Assembly (NCBI GenBank): GCA_036447375.1
Contig: JAZFUU010000009.1
Span: 1 to 59,294, forward strand
Direction: 5' to 3'
DNA from: Myxococcota bacterium
Lineage (GTDB): Bacteria > Myxococcota_A > UBA9160 > SMWR01
Length of the DNA stretch: 59,294 nucleotides
The notes below the pieces were generated by a model that saw only the letters and a list, made by a program, of their open reading frames with translations, had not been told where the DNA came from and did no database searches. The first letter of the stretch is position 1. Every line of letters begins with the position of its first letter. Below, in pieces: positions 34,772 to 42,804 of the stretch. The translations under genes and the position numbers were made by a program.

Positions 34772-35083
34772 ATGGACCCGCTCAAACCCGGCACCCGGCT
34801 TCGGAGCGCCGTCTGCGACACCGAGGTGATGGTGATCGCGGCGCCCGGCGCAGGAGTCGAACTCCGCTGCGGCGGTGCACCGATGATCGACCTCGCGGCG
34901 AGCCCGCCGGCGGGAGCTTCCTGCGACCCGGATGCCAAGGACGGCACGGCCATGGGCAAACGCTACGTCAACGAAGCCGGCGATCTGGAACTCCTGTGCA
35001 CCAAGCCCGGCGAGGGCTCCCTCACCCTCGCGGAAACACCGCTCACGGTGAAAGGCGCGAAGCCACTGCCTTCATCGGACTGA
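34772..35083 (+). CDS. Small conserved-looking hypothetical protein (4 Cys)
   Basis: AGGAG lies 8 nt upstream of ATG 34772. 103 aa. The stop is 2 nt before the next gene's GTG. I recognise no family. Confidence 0.55.
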   Translation: MDPLKPGTRLRSAVCDTEVMVIAAPGAGVELRCGGAPMIDLAASPPAGASCDPDAKDGTAMGKRYVNEAGDLELLCTKPGEGSLTLAETPLTVKGAKPLPSSD

Positions 35084-35085
35084 GC

Positions 35086-36591
35086 GTGAATCTGATGATG
35101 CTGCTCGAGATGGCGTCGTCGGCCTTCGGCGACCGTGTCGCCCTTACCAACGGCGACGATCAGTGGACCTACGCGGAACTCTTCGCCGCCGCGGGGTGCG
35201 CCGCCGCAGAAGTCTCAGCGGCCGGGACGGAGCAGCTGGCGCTGATCGATGTCAGCAGCCCGGCGCTGCCCGTGGGCCTGTTCGCCAGTGCCTGGGCCGG
35301 GGTCCCCTTCGTTCCCCTCAATTACCGGCTTACCGAAGACGAGATCGAGAGCCTGGTGGGACGCATCTCCCCCGCGTACCTGGTCACCGACAGCGAGCGG
35401 GTGGCGACCCTTGCGAAGCTTCCGGCGACGACCGTCGTGTCGCGCAGTGCCTTTCTCGACAACGCAGCCTCCGAAACCACGCCGGCGCCGGCCTGGCCCA
35501 TGGACCCCGACGGCATCGCGCTCCTGCTCTTCACCAGTGGAACCACCGGCGCTCCCAAGGCCGCCGTGCTGCGGCACAAACACCTGGTCTCCTACATCCT
35601 GGGTTCCGTCGAATTCGGCGCCGCAGACGAAGACGATTCGACACTGGTGAGCGTACCCCCCTACCACGTGGCGGGGGTGGCGGCGGTCCTGAGCTCCGTT
35701 TATGCGGGGCGCCGCATCGTGCAACTCCCGAACTTCAGCGCGGAAGCCTGGATCGATCTCGCCCGCCGCGAGCGCGTGACCCATGCGTTCGTGGTGCCGA
35801 CCATGCTGGCTCGAATCGTCGAGTTCCTGGAGAAGTCGGACTCCGTCGACCTGCCGTGTCTGCGCGCGCTGGCCTACGGCGGCGGAAAGATGCCGCTCCC
35901 GATCATCGAAAGAGCTCTGAAACTCCTACCCGCGACCTCCTTCACCAACGCTTACGGCCTCACCGAAACCAGTTCGACCATCTCGGTCCTGGGGCCGGAA
36001 GAACACCGGGCGGCCCTGGCCAGCGATGATGAAACGGTGAAACGCCGGCTGGCATCGGTGGGTCGGCCCCTGCCCGGTGTCGAAGTCGAGATCCACGACG
36101 AAACGGGACGGCCCCTGGATCCCGGCGGTCGCGGCGAAATCCACGTGCGCGGCGACCAGGTGTCCGGCGAATATCTGGGTCGAGGCGTGACCCTGGGACC
36201 CGACGGCTGGTTCTCCACACGCGACGGCGGCTCGATGGATGCCAACGGCTACCTCTTCGTGGAGGGTCGCATCGACGACGTGATCGTTCGCGGCGGAGAG
36301 AATATTTCTCCGGGCGAGATCGAGGACGTGTTGCTCGAGCACGAGGCCGTGGCGGATTGTGCCGTCATCGGCATCCCCGACGAGCACTGGGGCGAAGCCG
36401 TCGCGGCGTCGGTCGTTCTTCGAAAGAACCGCCCGGCGAGCCCGGAGGAGCTGCGAACCTGGGTCAAGAGCCGTCTCCGTTCTTCCCGCACGCCCGAGCG
36501 GATCGAGTTCTCGGTGGAGCTCCCCTACAGCGAAACGGGAAAGCTATTGCGGCGCGAGGTACGAGCACAATTTCGGGGAGACTCGTCATAG
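35086..36591 (+). CDS. AMP-dependent acyl-CoA synthetase/ligase
   Basis: LLFTSGTTGAPKAA and YGLTETS motifs, with GEI.VRG and a C-terminal Lys region. The start is GTG 35086 or ATG 35095. Confidence 0.88.
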   Translation: MNLMMLLEMASSAFGDRVALTNGDDQWTYAELFAAAGCAAAEVSAAGTEQLALIDVSSPALPVGLFASAWAGVPFVPLNYRLTEDEIESLVGRISPAYLVTDSERVATLAKLPATTVVSRSAFLDNAASETTPAPAWPMDPDGIALLLFTSGTTGAPKAAVLRHKHLVSYILGSVEFGAADEDDSTLVSVPPYHVAGVAAVLSSVYAGRRIVQLPNFSAEAWIDLARRERVTHAFVVPTMLARIVEFLEKSDSVDLPCLRALAYGGGKMPLPIIERALKLLPATSFTNAYGLTETSSTISVLGPEEHRAALASDDETVKRRLASVGRPLPGVEVEIHDETGRPLDPGGRGEIHVRGDQVSGEYLGRGVTLGPDGWFSTRDGGSMDANGYLFVEGRIDDVIVRGGENISPGEIEDVLLEHEAVADCAVIGIPDEHWGEAVAASVVLRKNRPASPEELRTWVKSRLRSSRTPERIEFSVELPYSETGKLLRREVRAQFRGDSS

Positions 36592-36677
36592 CCGCCGGCG
36601 TCGGCGCGGGGATCCTACCCCTGGCGGAAGCCGTCAAGCGACTGGCATCCCCCTTCGCCAACGAAACCTTCTCGGCG

Positions 36678-37640
36678 GTGGTCGGCGACCCGGTCCTCGC
36701 CGTTGCTTTCTCCGATGATGAGCTTCCGGACGGAGACTCCGTCGCGGCGGCCTGCGCCGCCCTCCCCCAGCTGGCCTGCCCCTCGATTGCTCTGAGCGCC
36801 GGACCGGTATCCGCGGTGGGTCAGCGGCTCCGCGATCGCTTCGACATCATGGTCGCGACCGAGGCCGAACTCGAAGAACTCCTGTCGGCGGTGCGGCGTA
36901 CGCCCCTGGCCGCCCTGGCCGCGGTACAGCTGCTGCGACACAACGAGCACCTCGATATCCACGAGGGGCTGATCGCCGAATCCCTGGTGTACTCGACGCT
37001 CCAAGCCGGACCGGAGTTCGCGCGTTGGCTCGAGGCCCGACCGCCGCGCCGTTCCCGAGAGCCCAATCCCGAACCGGCGGTGCTGGTGCGACGCACCGGT
37101 CGCCGGCTTCAGCTGAGCTTGAATCGCCCGGAAAAACGCAACGCGTTCTCGGTCGCGATGCGCGATGGGCTGGTCGAGGGATTGCGGGTTGCCATTCACG
37201 ACCCTTCGATCGACGAGATCGTGTTGACCGGTGAAGGCTCCGCCTTCTGTAGTGGTGGCGACCTCGACGAGTTCGGTAGCTTTCCCGACCCCGCCACCGC
37301 CCACGCCGTCCGCTCTACCCGGAGCCCCGCACGCAGTCTGGCCGCGTGCAGCAGCCGTCTGATCGCGAATGTGCACGGCGCCTGTGTGGGCGCCGGCGTC
37401 GAACTGGCCGCCTTCGCCAAGCACGTCACCGCGGAAGAGACGGCCAGCTTTCGACTGCCGGAGGTAGCCATGGGGCTCGTCCCCGGCGCCGGTGGAACCG
37501 CGAGCCTTCCCCGCCGGATCGGGCGCCAGCGAACCGCATATCTGGCCCTGTCGGGTCACGCCATCGACGCCGCCACGGCACTCGATTGGGGCCTCGTCGA
37601 CGAAGTCATCCGCTCAACGCCGGGCTCTACCCGCCGCTAA
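36678..37640 (+). CDS. Enoyl-CoA hydratase/isomerase family protein with a degenerate crotonase-like N-terminal extension
   Basis: The C-terminal half is canonical (LSLNRPEKRNAF..FCSGGDL..NVHGACVGAGVELAAF). The start is unresolved. GTG 36678 is the first standard start after the upstream stop, but the homologous-looking sequence begins right at 36592. Confidence 0.7.
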   Translation: MVGDPVLAVAFSDDELPDGDSVAAACAALPQLACPSIALSAGPVSAVGQRLRDRFDIMVATEAELEELLSAVRRTPLAALAAVQLLRHNEHLDIHEGLIAESLVYSTLQAGPEFARWLEARPPRRSREPNPEPAVLVRRTGRRLQLSLNRPEKRNAFSVAMRDGLVEGLRVAIHDPSIDEIVLTGEGSAFCSGGDLDEFGSFPDPATAHAVRSTRSPARSLAACSSRLIANVHGACVGAGVELAAFAKHVTAEETASFRLPEVAMGLVPGAGGTASLPRRIGRQRTAYLALSGHAIDAATALDWGLVDEVIRSTPGSTRR

Positions 37641-37767
37641 CCCGCCCTCCAAGGCGAGCCGCAGGGTCGCCGTGCAGGTCCAAGGCCGATGGCCGCGGAA
37701 GTAGATCGTCGCGAACGGCCAGGGCTTCTTCGCGGAATCCACCGCACCGCATTCCGGCGCAAGGAGG

Positions 37768-37932
37768 ATGTCGCTCGGCAGAGGACTGCCCTCCGTTCCG
37801 CGCGTCAGCATCGCGCCCGACGGCAGTGATCGGGTCACCCTCAAGACCTCTAGCGGACGAGTGGTCACGATCGACCCGCCGGAGCGCGACGAGGATCCCG
37901 CCGAACTCGTCTACTGGAGACAGCTCTTCTAG
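37768..37932 (+). CDS. Possible 54-aa small protein
   Basis: ATG 37768 is immediately preceded by AAGGAGG, a zero spacing that is atypical. It reads MSLGRGLPSVPRVSIAPDGSDRVTLKTSSGRVVTIDPPERDEDPAELVYWRQLF and ends 9 nt before the porin gene. It is below the ORF-track length cutoff. Confidence 0.3.
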   Translation: MSLGRGLPSVPRVSIAPDGSDRVTLKTSSGRVVTIDPPERDEDPAELVYWRQLF

Positions 37933-37941
37933 GATCGTAGG

Positions 37942-39246
37942 GTGACGCACCGCCGCCTTCGTTCGCTGGTTGAGATCCTGGCGCTGCTCGGATTCGTCGC
38001 GTCCGGAGATCCCTCCCTCGGAGCGGCCCGGCACCCCGCACACGAGGCGACCGAGGCTCCCGACATCATCCGCGCACTGATCGGGGGCAAGCTGGACCTC
38101 GATATGCGTTTCCGCTGGGAGAACGCGAAAATCGACGGGTTCAGGCGATCGAATGCCGTCACCCTGCGTACGCGCCTCGCCTACGGAACGAAGCCCTACT
38201 ACGGCTTCATGGCCTACGCCGGCTTCGAGAACATCGTCGCGTTGAAGAACGAAAACTATTTCGATGGGATCGCGCCGAATAGCGGCGGCCGCACGCCGAT
38301 CCCCGATCCGGAACACACCGAGATCGATCAAGCGTTTCTGAAGTGGTCCTCGGATGGACTCGGAGACGGTGCCTTCGCGAGGAGCCGGACCTCCCTGCTC
38401 GGCGGACGCACGAAGATCGTTCTCGACGACTCACGCTTCATCGGAAATGTGGGGTGGCGCCAGAATCAGCAGACCTATGATGCGGGCCTCATTCGAAGCT
38501 CCCTCGGTCTCGAGGGCCTCGCGACAACCTACGGCTACCTGTTCCAGGTCCACCGCATCTTCGGGGACCAGGGCGCCAGCGGCGCCCCCACCCTCGACTT
38601 CGACTCTGACTCCCATTTCCTGAATGCGACGTACTCGGGCTTCCGACCGCTTGCGATAACGGTCTTCGGATACTGGCTCGACTTTTCGAACTCTCCGGCC
38701 AATTCGTCCGACACCTACGGCTTCCGGGCCACCGGCAAGACCGACCTGGGTGAGGATCTCTACGTCGGCTACACGGGCTCCTACGCCCACCAACAGCAGG
38801 CACGCAGAAATCCCATCCACTACGACGCCAACTACTACAACATCGAAGGCGTTCTCGGTTATGAGCCATGGGTTGCGCTCACCCTCGGCTACGAAGTGCT
38901 CGGAAGCGATGGCGGCCTCACCCAGTTCCGCACGCCACTCGCCACGGCACACAAATTCAATGGCTGGGCCGATGTCTTCGTCGACAACGGCGGTGTGATC
39001 GGGCTCGAGGATCTCTATGTCGCCATCACACCGACGCTCCCCTGCGGGTTGAAGGGGCGCCTCGTATATCATCACTTCCAATCGAACGACGGAAACCTGG
39101 ACTACGGTGACGAGATCGACGGTGTTCTGAGCAAGGAATTCGACCGATGGTTCACCTTGCTCGCGAAATTCGCCTACTACGACGGCGGCAGAAGCGGGCG
39201 CGCCGATCGACATCGCATCTGGCTGGAGGCAAGATTCCAGTTCTAG
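37942..39246 (+). CDS. Outer-membrane beta-barrel, alginate-export (AlgE)-like porin
   Basis: There is a signal-peptide-like N-terminus, alternating aromatic/Gly beta-strand pattern, and a C-terminal ...WLEARFQF ending in Phe. Confidence 0.8.
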   Translation: MTHRRLRSLVEILALLGFVASGDPSLGAARHPAHEATEAPDIIRALIGGKLDLDMRFRWENAKIDGFRRSNAVTLRTRLAYGTKPYYGFMAYAGFENIVALKNENYFDGIAPNSGGRTPIPDPEHTEIDQAFLKWSSDGLGDGAFARSRTSLLGGRTKIVLDDSRFIGNVGWRQNQQTYDAGLIRSSLGLEGLATTYGYLFQVHRIFGDQGASGAPTLDFDSDSHFLNATYSGFRPLAITVFGYWLDFSNSPANSSDTYGFRATGKTDLGEDLYVGYTGSYAHQQQARRNPIHYDANYYNIEGVLGYEPWVALTLGYEVLGSDGGLTQFRTPLATAHKFNGWADVFVDNGGVIGLEDLYVAITPTLPCGLKGRLVYHHFQSNDGNLDYGDEIDGVLSKEFDRWFTLLAKFAYYDGGRSGRADRHRIWLEARFQF

Positions 39247-39313
39247 TCTAAGCGGGTTATCGGCGGGCCCGTCCGATCTACTTCCGCGGCCTTCGGCCTT
39301 GGACCCGCACGGC

Positions 39314-39349
39314 GCGCCTGCGGCTCGCCTCGCAGGTGCTTTTCATTTT
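39314..39349 (+). terminator. Rho-independent terminator downstream of the porin gene
   Basis: A 9-bp stem GCGCCTGCG / CGCAGGTGC (one G-U pair) has an 8-nt loop. It is followed by TTTTCATTTT, a rare T-run in this GC-rich DNA. Confidence 0.6.
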
Positions 39350-39353
39350 CGGA

Positions 39354-40856
39354 TCAGGGCTGGCGGATCTGTGCGATCTCTTCCGACAGCTGAAAGGCCG
39401 GATCGCCACTGGGTCGGTACGGTTCCGAATGGGCGATCTTCAGCAACTCGCCGCCCTGAAACCGCGTATTCGAGGAAATTCCGTTCAGCACCGCCGTGCG
39501 TTGGGGACCCCAACCGTTGCCCGTGCGCAGACCCAACGCGACGAGGTCTTCATCGGGCAGTGCCTTGACCACGCGCAGGCTCAATTGCCGAATGGAATTC
39601 CTCTCGTCCGGGGTCAGCGGGCGGAAGCTTCGCACGGTGTTGCGAGCGCGTCCCAGGAACTGGTCCGCGACCCGGGCCGGCGCGACCCCGGTCACTCGGT
39701 ACATCGAACCTTTGTAGGGAATGAAGGTCATCTCCGCCGCCAGGCTTTGTCCGCCAAGGACCGCCTCGACCCCGACCCGATACGCGTTCGCCGCGCGCAG
39801 CTGCACGTGCTGGGCCCGGGTCACCCGGAGGCCGTACTCCTTTTCGTGAGCCTGCACGAACTCCTCAGCGGCCAGCTTCGCGTCCCGCGCGACTCCGTGG
39901 CCCTTGAGAAAGATCACTGCGTCACCCCGCGGCGAAATCGCCCCCACCGCGACGTGGGAGTTCTGCGGGCGCCAGCCGTGGGGGAACTGGATGTGAAAAT
40001 CCAGGTCCGGGTGCAGGAACCGATCTCCCTCGAACACGCCCTCGGCGGGATTCACGCCGAGGGCGATTCCCTCGACGCGCGCCAGATACGCCGCCAATCC
40101 GGTCTCCACGGATGGATCGCGCCGCCATGGGATTGCGCGGGCCCGCGCCGCGCAGTCGGCGACGCGCTCGATCGTTCCCGGGTGGGTCGAAGCCAAGCTG
40201 GGCACCCGCGAGATACCCGAGACCAACCGTTCGACACCTCCCAGCCGCGACAGGAACGTGACCATCCCCGCGGGGTCATATCCCGCTTTGGCGGCCATCG
40301 TCTGACCTCCTTGGTCGGCGGCCCGCTCCTGGTCACGGCCGTAGGACGCCAGATTGCTCATTCGAACCCAGGGCAAAGTAAACGGATTTTGCCGGCGCGC
40401 GAACTCCTGCTGGGCGGCGGCGTGTCGGTTGGCGGAGTGGGCGATCTCGTGCCCCAGGACATTGGCGAGCTCGTCCTCTGAGTTGATCAGGGCGAGCAGA
40501 CCGCGAGTGAGATAGACGTACCCGCCGGGCAACGCGAAGGCATTGGGCTCGAACTGGTTCACCACCGAAAAGTGGTAGTCGAAGGAACGACGCGGTGCGT
40601 AGCGAACCAGGCGCTTTCCGATCCCCTGAACATATTTTACGAGCTCGGGGGAGTTGACGAGCCCAATCTGCTCCTGAACCTCCTTCGAAGCCTCCGTCCC
40701 GGCCCGCTCGTCGTGGAACTCGGTGGACAGCACCACGGTGCGCTTGCGCTCTGTCGGTTCGGGCTGGGTCCCCTTGCAGGCGATGGCCAGACCGGCGCAG
40801 ACGCCCAGACAGACGGCGAGGCGCAGGTAGCGACAGGAAAACCGTTGAAGACGCAT
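39354..40856 (-). CDS. M48-family Zn metallopeptidase lipoprotein with extended C-terminal domain
   Basis: ATG 40856. The lipobox is in LGVCAGLAIAC. The zinc motif is HEIAHSANRH (HExxH). The upstream part of the 901-aa ORF is an antisense shadow of the hydantoinase B gene. Confidence 0.85.
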   Translation of the reverse strand: MRLQRFSCRYLRLAVCLGVCAGLAIACKGTQPEPTERKRTVVLSTEFHDERAGTEASKEVQEQIGLVNSPELVKYVQGIGKRLVRYAPRRSFDYHFSVVNQFEPNAFALPGGYVYLTRGLLALINSEDELANVLGHEIAHSANRHAAAQQEFARRQNPFTLPWVRMSNLASYGRDQERAADQGGQTMAAKAGYDPAGMVTFLSRLGGVERLVSGISRVPSLASTHPGTIERVADCAARARAIPWRRDPSVETGLAAYLARVEGIALGVNPAEGVFEGDRFLHPDLDFHIQFPHGWRPQNSHVAVGAISPRGDAVIFLKGHGVARDAKLAAEEFVQAHEKEYGLRVTRAQHVQLRAANAYRVGVEAVLGGQSLAAEMTFIPYKGSMYRVTGVAPARVADQFLGRARNTVRSFRPLTPDERNSIRQLSLRVVKALPDEDLVALGLRTGNGWGPQRTAVLNGISSNTRFQGGELLKIAHSEPYRPSGDPAFQLSEEIAQIRQP

Positions 40857-40988
40857 GGAGGACGACCAGTGTATCGAACGCACACGCCGCTGCTGACAGC
40901 AGGGCCGGTTTTCTGCTAAAACGGTTCGATCTGACGCTCCGTCAGAAATCGCCTGGATCCGCCGAGGAATCCACGTGGAGAAGATCCG

Positions 40989-42800
40989 ATGAGCTACGAG
41001 CTGAATCGACGTCTCGCGGCAAAGCGCCCTCCCCTCGAAACCTCCGCGGAGGTTGATTCCGTCAGCGCCGGGATCATCCGCGGAGCCTTCGAAACCATCT
41101 GTTTCGAGACCGCCATCCATCTCGGCCGCGCTGCGTCGTCGGCGATCATCAACCAATCCAACGAGCGCGATGCCAGCATTATCGATTCCCACGGTCGACT
41201 CGCGGGCCTTTCGGTGGGAATCCCGCAGCTCCTCTTCATATCCCCCCTGGCCGTGCGCTGGGGACTCGAGCACTACGAAACCGACGACTGGGGCCCCGGC
41301 GACGTTTTTCTCGGCAACGATCCCGACCACGGCGGGGGGCATCTGCCCGACTATACGGTGTATGTGCCCTGCTTCGACTCGGCCGGCGAACTCGTCGCCA
41401 TCCAGGCGCTGCAAGCGCACCAGGGTGATACGGGAGGCAAGGATCCGGGCGGTTTCTCCGTGGATTCCGTCGACATCTTCCACGAGGGCCTGCCGATTCC
41501 GCGACTCAAGCTGGTTCATCGCGGCAAGCGCAGAGCCGACGTGCTCGATCTCCTGATTCGCAACAATCGCCTCCCGTCCTTTGCCGGAGACATCGCCGCG
41601 ATGATCGGCGCCTCGGAGCTCGGTGCGAACCGAATCGATGAGCTGGTGACAAAATGGGGTACAGACACGGTTCGCGCTGCGATGAATTTCAACATCGCGG
41701 AGACGGAGCGCCGCTTTCGAGGCGAAGTGCAAAAGTGGCCCGACGGCGACTACGAGGCGGACGTCTGGATCGACCACGATACGGTCGGCAACGAAGACGT
41801 GCGGGTTCATGTCAAGTGCAGCGTCGAAGGCGATCAGCTCACCGTGGACATGACCGGGAGCGATGACCGTCCCGAGCTGGTGAACGTCTGGAATACGTTC
41901 TCGAACAGCCGCGGCTACGCGATGGCCCAGCTCGTATCGATGGTCGATCCCACCATCGTCAAGAACGAAGGCCTCTTCGACGCGGTCGACATGATCATTC
42001 CCGAGGGCACGATCGTACAGCCGCCGCCCAACAAACCGGCTGCCCTCGGTGCCTTCCACCCGGCTTGCGAAATTGCCGAGGCGATCTGCATCGCCCTCTC
42101 GCAGATCCTACCCGAGCGCTCTTCGCCGCAGGTCTACAAGCTCGGCATGCCCAACTCCGTCATCGGCTTCGATGCCGGCGGACAGATGTGGATGGATCAA
42201 GGCGTGGATGTGCGGGCCTCCGACGCATCGGCCACCCAAGGGATCGACGGTTGGGGATCGATGTGCAGCGGTCTCGGCAATCTGCTCCTCGCCCAGGCCG
42301 AGGATGCGGAGAGTCGCTTCCCCGTCATCAACCTCGGCCGCGAGATGACCTGCGATAGCGGCGGCCCGGGCCGCTGGCGGGGGCAACCGGGAACCCTCAA
42401 TGTGAAGAAGGTCCTGGAGCCCACCATGGCCGTCGCCTGGATGGTCTCGATGAAGCACCCCTTGCGGGGGCTGCGCGGAGGGGACGACGCTTCCGCGTAC
42501 AGCAACCATTTCGAGGTGGGAACGCCGAACGAGTACAAAATCGAAAACTCGGTGCGCGCCGACCTTCCCGCCGGAGCCGTGTGTGCGTACCAATACGGTG
42601 GCGGTGCCGGCTTCGAAAGCCCGCTTCTCCGCGACCCCATCGCCGTGCGAGAGGATGTGCTCGATGAATACGTGAGCGTAGAGGCGGCTCGCGAGCGCTA
42701 CGGCGTCGTGCTGACGGGGACGGCGGAGGACTGCAATGTCGAAGTGGACACGACGGCAACGCAGCAGCTCCGCAAGAGACTCGCAGCCGAGCGGGGGTGA
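40989..42800 (+). CDS. Hydantoinase B / oxoprolinase family protein
   Basis: IIRGAFETICFETAIHLGRAASSAIINQSNERDASI..GDVFLGNDPDHGGGHLPD is typical HyuB sequence. Confidence 0.9.
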   Translation: MSYELNRRLAAKRPPLETSAEVDSVSAGIIRGAFETICFETAIHLGRAASSAIINQSNERDASIIDSHGRLAGLSVGIPQLLFISPLAVRWGLEHYETDDWGPGDVFLGNDPDHGGGHLPDYTVYVPCFDSAGELVAIQALQAHQGDTGGKDPGGFSVDSVDIFHEGLPIPRLKLVHRGKRRADVLDLLIRNNRLPSFAGDIAAMIGASELGANRIDELVTKWGTDTVRAAMNFNIAETERRFRGEVQKWPDGDYEADVWIDHDTVGNEDVRVHVKCSVEGDQLTVDMTGSDDRPELVNVWNTFSNSRGYAMAQLVSMVDPTIVKNEGLFDAVDMIIPEGTIVQPPPNKPAALGAFHPACEIAEAICIALSQILPERSSPQVYKLGMPNSVIGFDAGGQMWMDQGVDVRASDASATQGIDGWGSMCSGLGNLLLAQAEDAESRFPVINLGREMTCDSGGPGRWRGQPGTLNVKKVLEPTMAVAWMVSMKHPLRGLRGGDDASAYSNHFEVGTPNEYKIENSVRADLPAGAVCAYQYGGGAGFESPLLRDPIAVREDVLDEYVSVEAARERYGVVLTGTAEDCNVEVDTTATQQLRKRLAAERG

Positions 42801-42804
42801 TGGC

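Noticed and set aside
37627-38331. 234-aa minus-strand ORF
   Set aside because: It is antisense to the AlgE-like porin gene, which has a signal peptide, beta-barrel pattern and C-terminal Phe.
40857-42059. Upstream 401 codons of the 901-aa ORF fused to the M48 peptidase
   Set aside because: It is antisense to hydantoinase B. The peptidase has a lipoprotein signal starting at ATG 40856.
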